From Candidatus Poribacteria bacterium (GTDB taxonomy: Bacteria; Poribacteria; WGA-4E; WGA-3G), in the NCBI GenBank assembly GCA_964291315.2, contig OZ219753.1, positions 1,320,140 to 1,384,139 on the forward strand: 64,000 nucleotides of DNA, written 5' to 3'. Position 1 is the stretch's first letter, and each line of letters starts with the position of its first letter. The translations under genes were made by a program, and so were the position numbers. The notes under the pieces are model-generated. The model was given only the letters and a program-made list of their open reading frames with translations, did no database searches and was not told where the DNA came from. Below, in pieces: positions 19,501-26,275 of the stretch.

Positions 19501-20528
19501 GGGCCAGTCTCACTGCCACACCGCAGACGGCGGAAACGCTTGCAACGGCAGATGGCAATATTGTGAGCATCGCCGTCGCCAAAGGCAAAATTTACTGGAT
19601 CGAAAGCGGTGTAGGCGGACGGGGGACTCTCAAACGTTCCAACCTCGCAGGCAAGAACGTCGAAACCCTTAAAACCTTCGCCTCCAATGTACCCACTTCG
19701 GTAGCAGTGGATAGTTCAGACAACAAAATTTACTGGACGAAGGGCTCAGGTACAATCCAGCGCTCGAACCTCGCGGGTAAGTGGACGAAAAACATCGTTA
19801 CCGGATTGGCTAACCCGAGTGCTATCGCGCTTGGCACAATAACAGACAACCCGACTCCTGCCCAGCCGGCATCTTTGATATCAGAGGGGACAACGCCTAA
19901 AAAACCAACCACCTCCAAATACGATGTCAATGGCGATGGCAGCGTGGACGATCAGGATGTCACCCTTGTAGCACTCGCCCTTGACGGAAAATATAACGCA
20001 AAATACGACGTTAACGGTGACAAAGTGGTGGACGCAAAAGACCTCCGCGCAGTCATCAATAACACAGAGGACACTTCCGCAGCACCCGCAATCAATCTAG
20101 ACCTGAAGGCACTAGACATCGATTTCGATCGGGTTCAGGCACAGATTGAGAGCGTACTGGTATCCGACGATATGTCGCCCTCAACGCGACGCACATTGAT
20201 GTATCTCCAACACCTCTTGGCAACAGCGCGGCCCTCGGAGACAACGTTGTTAACCAACTATCCGAACCCGTTCAACCCAGAAACTTGGATACCGTATCAA
20301 TTGGCGGACAGCACCGAGGTGCGGATTAACATCTACGATGCCCAAGGCATCTTGATACGGGCATTGAACCTCGGGCATCAAACCGCGGGCTACTACACCC
20401 ACCGGAGTCGCGCCGCGTATTGGGACGGACGCAACGCCCTCGGCGAACCGGTTGCGAGCGGTATCTACTTCTACCAGCTCCAAACCGATACAACCTCCCT
20501 TATGCGGAAAATGGTTATCTTGAAGTAG
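16569..20528 (+). CDS. large secreted multidomain adhesin-like protein (Big_1 Ig-like repeats, YWTD-type beta-propeller, dockerin-like repeats, C-terminal T9SS/FlgD-type sorting domain)
   Basis: 1319 aa with a signal peptide. It has repeated Big_1-like modules (IVSGDKQTG..GSALGQPFVVRLTD, VVSGNQQTGAPGAVLNPFVVQLLD, IISGNNQSGRPGARLANPFVVRVTD) and a PT-rich linker. Blades follow with YWTN/YWVE/IYWIE/IYWTK. Next come two DVNGDGSVDDQD / DVNGDKVVDAKD calcium-binding repeats. The tail is NYPNPFNPETWIPYQL...GIYFYQLQ. Confidence 0.8.
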   Translation: MKNVITQKIALSLLITLVLAFGVPGGADAITRFTRTSSDYPLVAPQTDFTIRFGVTFTSTSTDSETARITVSGGSLKKVGNFDASGTTQDLTEGGTAGKGQLLSSHTLTLTSGAAGKMSVTISDRTSGDKANDLVFTIYVSPAFTSTNAPAFSSSSVTTARGDVKFSTSTPLTLSGEHIRLNYRVTGNGSVFIKEDGKDAGTTSKNLTTSSAAPVYVRMGGGTNRIAISIVGQRASSTIQATYIYGEETVQIVSGDKQTGAVGSALGQPFVVRLTDTANRPISGVNVTFDPETTDNDEAAIFIKDLGTPDDLHVAYGAGTTPFTTTQGQAVVKTNANGEAKAVWVLHRTAHALENVAHAHLSGRSSGSNASVAFQARAVAKNPVVSSIVIASGNGQSADQYGIIANPLVVSVRDSAGHLVKGQTVLFIALSGGTLSNSSDEEPGAASGSSSGASVTVTTDNRGQAGVRYAPSQVGGSQQVRASITGSASSVTFTVNGTRGTTPTTPTTTPDSTTPSTPTTPPPTDGGIVASRLRVVSGNQQTGAPGAVLNPFVVQLLDTDGDGIDLVEIDFEVVSGSGTLSDSMDQTDESGNARSTLTLGSSAGTVTVRVSVDSDEIGGRSISPVTFTATAEVTTLPPDAINIVGDETLTGDINEEIELTVQVVDADEDGVDFELVTFTVTEGNGRLRPSRDRTDEDGNASTFFTPTSPGTLEVRANSGDLDPVTFTITTSDPPDAITIISGNNQSGRPGARLANPFVVRVTDALDDPVAGVTVSFSVTAGGGSLSTQSATTNSNGRAQAVLTLGADSGNNTVTARVTGLTPVTFRAMSGAEVHVAAAQRPPMYWVGRAQGTLHRLVGAAVENLLPNVTGVTDIAVDAAQGALYFAVKVGENRGSIRSSALNGQNVRTIKTLTAVPNGIAVDAASQTVYWTNSRGRIQSIPATGSSKLTNEVQNISNPSAIAVYNQFVYWVELNRLRRASLTATPQTAETLATADGNIVSIAVAKGKIYWIESGVGGRGTLKRSNLAGKNVETLKTFASNVPTSVAVDSSDNKIYWTKGSGTIQRSNLAGKWTKNIVTGLANPSAIALGTITDNPTPAQPASLISEGTTPKKPTTSKYDVNGDGSVDDQDVTLVALALDGKYNAKYDVNGDKVVDAKDLRAVINNTEDTSAAPAINLDLKALDIDFDRVQAQIESVLVSDDMSPSTRRTLMYLQHLLATARPSETTLLTNYPNPFNPETWIPYQLADSTEVRINIYDAQGILIRALNLGHQTAGYYTHRSRAAYWDGRNALGEPVASGIYFYQLQTDTTSLMRKMVILK

Positions 20529-20540
20529 TCGCACAACATA

Positions 20541-20580
20541 AAAGAGGCACGGTCTCAAAACCGTGCCTCTTTTATTTATA
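20541..20580 (+). terminator. rho-independent terminator of the adhesin gene
   Basis: 12-bp perfect stem: aaagaggcacgg (20541-20552) pairs with ccgtgcctcttt (20561-20572) across an 8-nt loop. A T-rich tract (tatttata) follows. Confidence 0.8.
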
Positions 20581-20919
20581 AATAGATTGGAAAGCACCGC
20601 CTGGCCTTCCTTAAAATGGATCTCCTTGAACAGAAACGACGTGTGTATTAACCGTTTCCGTTTGTAATCTCCTTTGACTTGAATATCTTGGCGGACGCTC
20701 TGTCACTATATAGGCGCTTGTAGCATAGACTCTCATTTGAAAATAAAAACGAAAAAAAATAAAACTTTTTTCTCCGAGATGTGTATATACCTATTAAGAG
20801 GGCAACCTGTGTGTTATGTTGTTCTCTGTAAGTAGCATTTGAAAAGTATTCCGATTTCACTTATAGGTGTGAACGTTTCGCTGGAAGATGTGTAGCGTTT
20901 GCGAAGAAGGAGAAGAGTC

Positions 20920-21261
20920 ATGTCAACAGAGGTTCGTTATAAAGCAGGGGTTGTTATAGTTGAGCCCCGTGGCAAGATAATAGGTGGGCGTGTCTCGGAG
21001 CTACGGACTGCGATATTACCAGAGGTGAGAGCCTGTGATGCCCCTCGTATTCTGATAGATTTATCGCATGCACATCGTTTAGATTCCTCGGGTTTAGGGG
21101 TGCTGATGCAAGCGTATGTGCTGACGAAGCACAAGCGTGGGCGCATCGGTGTCATCCATGTCGGCAAACACATCAGGAACTTACTGGTTATCAGCCGGTT
21201 ATTGACATCATTTGAGCATTTCAACAGCGAGTCTGCGGCGGTTGCAGCGTTTGGAAAATAG
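20920..21261 (+). CDS. STAS-domain protein (anti-sigma-factor antagonist, SpoIIAA-like), copy A
   Basis: 113 aa counted from the ATG preceded by GGAGAAGAG. It has the typical STAS layout (VVIVEPRGKIIGG...ILIDLSHAHRLDSSGLGVLM). Confidence 0.75.
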   Translation: MSTEVRYKAGVVIVEPRGKIIGGRVSELRTAILPEVRACDAPRILIDLSHAHRLDSSGLGVLMQAYVLTKHKRGRIGVIHVGKHIRNLLVISRLLTSFEHFNSESAAVAAFGK

Positions 21262-21319
21262 GTAAAGAAGGCTGCAGCGCCCCTTTTGCGTTCGTTTGAA
21301 AAAACAGTTGTTCCGTCCC

Positions 21320-21351
21320 GGAGTCACAGCTGGATTGCCGGCTGTGGCTCC
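21320..21351 (+). terminator. 14-bp hairpin downstream of STAS copy A (possible terminator/attenuator)
   Basis: ggagtcacagctgg / attg / ccggctgtggctcc. The two G-U pairs form only on the + (sense) RNA. The hairpin is followed by gtgtttcc, which is a weak U tract. Confidence 0.35.
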
Positions 21352-21429
21352 GTGTTTCCAAATATCTACCCGCGCTGTTGAATACAAGCATCTCTTTCGC
21401 GGTTTTGCAAATTGTCACGGAGTATCCAA

Positions 21430-23577
21430 ATGAGATGTGTCACTAACGTCTTGATAGCGCTTCTGTTTCTGATTAACCCTATCGGGCATTCACAATCCGA
21501 TAACCGTATTGTAGCTTTTGATTGTCCAAAACTGCCGACTTCTGAATTCAATTTCGATGTAGATAGCCAAGTTATCGCGCTTTTAATGGAGGACCCAACC
21601 TCGGATATACCACCGTTGTTTAACACTATCGATGTTCTCTCCCTGCGCAGCTATCGAGGGCAGTCCGTCAGTTTCAAGGACATCGTTGAATATTATCAAG
21701 ATATTCTAGAAGCGCGCCAGTGGCACGTTTTAAGACTCCCCGCCGAAGATGATTTAGAAAGTGCCACTTTGCATCTCTATGTCCTCCAAGAAAACGACAC
21801 TGTTTACGGGATCTTTGCTATGATAAAAAGCACCGATACAGTGTACCTCATAAACATCACGGGTGCGATCCCGGAAGAGCAGCTAGGTGCCTTGCTCACA
21901 GGTCTCAATAAACTCAGTATTGAAATCCCGGAGCTCATGTCCCTGAATTCTGAGAGTGTGAAAGCTGCGCGAGCGGAAACATCAATGCCTGCTCAAACTG
22001 CCCCAGCAACGAGAACGCCTTCTGTTACACCGCGCGAGACTCCGCCGCTTACGCGAACTGTCTCACTCCTAAGATCTATGACTATCTCAGCGGCGGGCAG
22101 TAGCCCTGTCTACGAATCAATACCTGACACGTTAGTCGGGCAGAAAAACGACCTACAGGCTTCAAAAAACATCCCCCGTTTTTGGGCTGGCGACGTGCCT
22201 ATCCACGCTATACGAATCCGGGGAAACCAGAAAATTTCAGAACAGGTCATCCGACAGACACTCGAAAATAGTCAGTCGCCTGACCTCTCAAAAGCGCTGG
22301 AGACCCTCTTTAAAGCGGCTCCCTATTTTAAAGAGATCGCTTTACAAGTAGATAAGGAAAGTTCGAAATATATCGCCACAATTACGTTTAGTGAAAAACT
22401 GCTTTCTACCGGTGTATACCTCGGCTTCCACCGCCAACTGCGTCTCGGTTTCAACCGAGTGACAGGCTGGGAGATCGGGGCAACAGGTATTGAATTCGGT
22501 AAAAGAGAGAATGTCGGTCCGTTTTGGGTGTGGAACCTCAGCGATTCAGTCAGTGATCGCACCCACAAACTCTTTGGAGAGGCCAATTATGTCTTCGGCA
22601 ACCCGCGTTTTCACTACCGTTTGGGTGGAACGGCGAATTGGGGGAAGCTTCATACGTGGAGCCTCGGACTCACCGCACAAATTCACCGTTTGACAGATGT
22701 CGTTGCCCCTGAACTCTTTCCGAACATGCCGCTCCCTAATTTTCAACGGACTATCGGGGCACCGGACCTTCAAAATTACTATCTTCGCCAAGGTGCCGAG
22801 ATCGCGATGCGATGGTCACCCGAAATGCCGCTTCACACGTTCAAAATGACAATGCTTGCAGAGTCACAGTCGAGCCTACAGAAAAGCACAGATTGGTTTC
22901 TCACGAATTGGAGCTCAACCTACACTGTCAGGGAAAACCCACCAATACGCCCCGGGAAAATGCGAAGCATCGCCTTCCAATACGATTTTCGGGACCTGAA
23001 AAGAAGATCTTTGGGATGGCAGAATACCCTCCTCATCGAACATAGCAATACTCGCTTTGGATCCGACTTCGATTTTACACGTTTGCTCTTACACCTCCGG
23101 TACGCTTTTCCGCTCGGGGATCACCGAGTGCGCACCCGATTTCTTTTCGGGTTCTCCAACAGATCACTTCCCGTTCAACGCCAATTTGTTATAAATGGGA
23201 TAGCGGGACTCCGCGGATATCCTTGGTACAGAGAAGAAAATGAACCCGAAGGTTTTATGAATTACAAGTTCGGGCACACCGTTTCTCCCTATGCCTTTGC
23301 GGGAGACCGCGGGTTTCTACTCAACGTTGAATATCACCACAGCTTAGCAACCCTATTGAGGTGGAGTTTTTTCAAAACTGCGTTCGCGATTATCTTCTTA
23401 GACGAAGGACAAGTTTGGCATGTATCCGGCCCGGCGTATACTTTCAATCCCAAAGGGAACATCGGCATCGGTGCACAGATGTTAGTCGGTATTTTCCTTC
23501 TCCGAGCCAACATCGCAAAAGCCTTTGAGTCCGGAAAAGGGTTTCAAGTTACGACGGTTTTAAACCACCCGTTTTAG
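21430..23577 (+). CDS. Omp85/BamA-TamA-family outer-membrane protein (single POTRA-like module plus beta-barrel)
   Basis: The start was moved to the ATG at 21430, where GGAG lies 8 nt upstream. It has a signal peptide (VLIALLFLINPIGHS) and a PT-rich linker. A POTRA-like block (IHAIRIRGNQKISEQVIRQTLE) follows. The C-terminal region is long, aromatic- and Gly-rich, and ends in ...VLNHPF with a terminal Phe. Confidence 0.55.
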   Translation: MRCVTNVLIALLFLINPIGHSQSDNRIVAFDCPKLPTSEFNFDVDSQVIALLMEDPTSDIPPLFNTIDVLSLRSYRGQSVSFKDIVEYYQDILEARQWHVLRLPAEDDLESATLHLYVLQENDTVYGIFAMIKSTDTVYLINITGAIPEEQLGALLTGLNKLSIEIPELMSLNSESVKAARAETSMPAQTAPATRTPSVTPRETPPLTRTVSLLRSMTISAAGSSPVYESIPDTLVGQKNDLQASKNIPRFWAGDVPIHAIRIRGNQKISEQVIRQTLENSQSPDLSKALETLFKAAPYFKEIALQVDKESSKYIATITFSEKLLSTGVYLGFHRQLRLGFNRVTGWEIGATGIEFGKRENVGPFWVWNLSDSVSDRTHKLFGEANYVFGNPRFHYRLGGTANWGKLHTWSLGLTAQIHRLTDVVAPELFPNMPLPNFQRTIGAPDLQNYYLRQGAEIAMRWSPEMPLHTFKMTMLAESQSSLQKSTDWFLTNWSSTYTVRENPPIRPGKMRSIAFQYDFRDLKRRSLGWQNTLLIEHSNTRFGSDFDFTRLLLHLRYAFPLGDHRVRTRFLFGFSNRSLPVQRQFVINGIAGLRGYPWYREENEPEGFMNYKFGHTVSPYAFAGDRGFLLNVEYHHSLATLLRWSFFKTAFAIIFLDEGQVWHVSGPAYTFNPKGNIGIGAQMLVGIFLLRANIAKAFESGKGFQVTTVLNHPF

Positions 23578-23722
23578 GCCAAAACAAACCCTAACATACA
23601 ATATTAACTCGTCACATAGATGTAGTAGTTGTAAGATGTGGTATATTCAATCGGATCACGCTGAAATGACCCTGTATGCGGCATCGTTCCAGATGATGAG
23701 CGTGCATGGTGATTGTGAGGAC

Positions 23723-23754
23723 GAAGCCACAGCCGGCATCCCAGCTGTGGCTCC
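23723..23754 (-). terminator. hairpin downstream of STAS copy B (counterpart of 21320-21351)
   Basis: On the minus strand: ggagccacagctgg / gatg / ccggctgtggcttc. Two substitutions relative to the left copy change pair types (U-G to C-G, and G-C to G-U) without breaking the helix. Confidence 0.35.
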
Positions 23755-23814
23755 ATGATACAAGTGGTGTTTTTTTTCAAACGGACACAAAAGGGGCGCT
23801 GCAGGCTGCTTTAC

Positions 23815-24156
23815 CTATTTCGCAAACGCTGCAACCGCCGCAGACTCGCTGTTAAAATGCTCAAATGATGTCAATAAGCGAGTGATAACCAGTAAGCTCC
23901 TGATGTGTTTGCCGACATGGATGACACCGATGCGCCCACGCTTGTGCTTCGTCAGCACATACGCTTGCATCAGCACCCCTAAACCCGAGGAATCTAAACG
24001 ATGTGCATGTGATAAATCTATCAAGATCCGAGGCGCATCGTAGGCGCTCACCTCTGGTAATATCGCAGTCCGTAGCTCCGAGACACGCTCACCTATTATC
24101 TTGCCACGGGGCTCAACTATAACAACCCCTGCTTTATGACGAACCTCTGTTGACAT
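23815..24156 (-). CDS. STAS-domain protein (anti-sigma-factor antagonist), copy B
   Basis: 113 aa. It differs from copy A at about 7 residues, for example Y/H, G/E, RAC/SAY, N/S, S/T and G/A. Confidence 0.75.
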   Translation of the reverse strand: MSTEVRHKAGVVIVEPRGKIIGERVSELRTAILPEVSAYDAPRILIDLSHAHRLDSSGLGVLMQAYVLTKHKRGRIGVIHVGKHIRSLLVITRLLTSFEHFNSESAAVAAFAK

Positions 24157-24534
24157 GACTCTTCTCCTTCTTCGCAAACGCTACACATCTTCCAGCGAAA
24201 CGTTCACAGTGCAAGCAAATGGAAATAGCTTTCAAATACTTCTTACAGAGAACAACATAACACACAGGTTGCCCTCTTAATAGGTATAGATACATCTCGG
24301 AGAAAAAAGTTTGTTTTTTTTTATTTTTTTGTTCGCAGCAGAGGAAGATGAAGGGGATCGCCCAAAAACGTTCACTCTTAACGCACAAGCGGTATGCGTT
24401 TTTCGGCGGTTCTTGTGACACTGCAACGGGGTCATATCAGTCTGGTTTGCTGTTATACCGGATTGTATAACATGTGTGGTCGTAGATTAGACTCTTCAGC
24501 GCAAGTATGTGGTGTACGTTCGGGTGTATCTAGT

Positions 24535-25704
24535 TCATAGTGCGGAGAGCTCTGGTAGCTCTACCCACTTGCGGGTTTGGCAAGATTCCATGCCTTTTTC
24601 TGCTAATTGCACGCCCTTCGCGCCTGCAAGGAGGGTCCACGGAAACGGTTCGTCAGCCACGATATGTCGAAGGAACAGCTCCCACTGTGCTCTAAATGCG
24701 TTCTCATAGGCTTCCTGTTCTGGTATTTTGAGCCATCCATCGAAGAATTGAATCGGTTGCTCTATGTCAGGATTCCAGACGGGACGTGGGGTGCCGGAAA
24801 GCGGTTGGATCCAACAATCCCTCAAGCCTGCAACAGCGGAGCCGTTCAAACCGTCTACGTGTAGAGTCAGCAGATCGTCCCGCCGAACCCTGACCGCCCA
24901 AGATGAGTTAAAGTGTGCAATGATGCCGTTTTTCAATTCAAACGTTGCATAGGCGGCATCTTCAGCTGTGCAGGTGTAAGGTTTGCCTTCCTCATCCCAT
25001 CTTTCTGGCAGATGCGTCGCAGCGATACAGGAAACGGAGTTGACTGCCCCGAATAGGTGGTCGATGACGTATCGCCAGTGACTGAACATGTCGAGAATAA
25101 TACCGCCTCCGTCTTGGGCACGGTAGTTCCAGGAGGGGCGCTGCGTGGGAATGGCATCGCCTCGGAAAACCCAATAGCCGAACTCACCTCGCACTGCGAG
25201 AATCTCTCCGAAAAAGTCAGCATCTATCAGGCGTTTCAATTTCTGAATGCCGGGCAGCCAGAGCTTATCCTGAACGACACCGTTCTTGAGTCCGGCTTTC
25301 GCTGCTTGTTCATAGAGACTATAAGCGTCATCGGTAGTGGTAGCAGTCGGTTTTTCACAATAGATGTGTTTGCCAGCGCGTATTGCGGCTTGGACTGCCT
25401 CGACCCGGCGTGAGGTAACTTGTGCGTCGAAATAGACAGCGTAAGAATCATCAGCGAGGGCGGTATCGAGATCCGTGCTCCACTTCTCAACACCGGTAGT
25501 TGCAGCTAATCTCTCAAGCTTCTCTGCACTCCTACCGACGAGAAACGGTTCGGGCATAATAACGCTGCCATCCCCGATCGGAATGCCCCCGTCTTCTGCA
25601 ATTGCCAATATAGATCGGATAAGATGCTGGTTTGTTCCCATCCGGCCGGTCACACCGTTCATGATGATACCGACGCGGTGTGTCTGCTGGGTATGATTCG
25701 CCAT
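24535..25704 (-). CDS. Gfo/Idh/MocA family oxidoreductase
   Basis: 389 aa. It has an N-terminal Rossmann segment (RVGIIMNGVTGRMG) and a typical EKP motif (HIYCEKP). Confidence 0.7.
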   Translation of the reverse strand: MANHTQQTHRVGIIMNGVTGRMGTNQHLIRSILAIAEDGGIPIGDGSVIMPEPFLVGRSAEKLERLAATTGVEKWSTDLDTALADDSYAVYFDAQVTSRRVEAVQAAIRAGKHIYCEKPTATTTDDAYSLYEQAAKAGLKNGVVQDKLWLPGIQKLKRLIDADFFGEILAVRGEFGYWVFRGDAIPTQRPSWNYRAQDGGGIILDMFSHWRYVIDHLFGAVNSVSCIAATHLPERWDEEGKPYTCTAEDAAYATFELKNGIIAHFNSSWAVRVRRDDLLTLHVDGLNGSAVAGLRDCWIQPLSGTPRPVWNPDIEQPIQFFDGWLKIPEQEAYENAFRAQWELFLRHIVADEPFPWTLLAGAKGVQLAEKGMESCQTRKWVELPELSAL

Positions 25705-25718
25705 ATATAGTCCTTTGG

Positions 25719-26162
25719 TTAAGGTTTGTCAGTGCATTGCGGAGCTGCGCCCGCTGGCAGGGGCGGTGCGTCAACGCCGGCCTTCGGGAGAGTGCCAGCG
25801 AGTTCCTGTTTCCAGTGAGCTACATCGCCCGCGGGACCGTAGCAGTAGACCATATGCATCGGCGTGTCGCTGGTATTTGTCAATTGATGGAAACTCCAAG
25901 ACGGGATAAATACAGTCTGCCCCGCCGAGATGGTTTGACGTTCCTCGCCGAGACACATTTCGCCCTCACCTTCAACGATGAAGTAGATCTCTTCTTGTTC
26001 ATGGTTGTGCCATGGCACTTGTCCACCGTTCGGTTCTAAGACGACAAACCCGAGACAGAATTCATCTATCTGGATCGGAGAGGCACCACCGACGAGATTT
26101 CTGGTGAGTCTACGGGCCGGATAGGTTCGCCCATCCATTTCGTTTATGTCTGCGATTAGCAT
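25719..26162 (-). CDS. cupin-domain protein
   Basis: 147 aa. It has cupin motif 1 (GGQVPWHNHEQEEIYFIVEGEG) and motif 2 (GQTVFIPSWSFHQLTN). Confidence 0.7.
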   Translation of the reverse strand: MLIADINEMDGRTYPARRLTRNLVGGASPIQIDEFCLGFVVLEPNGGQVPWHNHEQEEIYFIVEGEGEMCLGEERQTISAGQTVFIPSWSFHQLTNTSDTPMHMVYCYGPAGDVAHWKQELAGTLPKAGVDAPPLPAGAAPQCTDKP

Positions 26163-26275
26163 GTCTATTGTCCTTTCAAGGAAGCTGTCTTTTTTTCGAG
26201 AGCGGATTTATCTATTATATAGGCGTGCTTTGCCGTCATGCACGCCTATATAATAACAAGACACGTCCGTTTACA

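Larger units (their letters stand above)
20741..21354 (+). repeat. left arm of a ~0.6-kb inverted duplication (STAS gene with upstream region and downstream hairpin)
   Basis: It aligns by eye with the reverse complement of 23721-24335. The coding part differs at roughly 15 of 342 nt. Confidence 0.85.
23721..24335 (-). repeat. right arm of the ~0.6-kb inverted duplication
   Basis: It is the reverse complement of 20741-21354, with scattered substitutions and small indels in the A/T runs. Confidence 0.85.
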
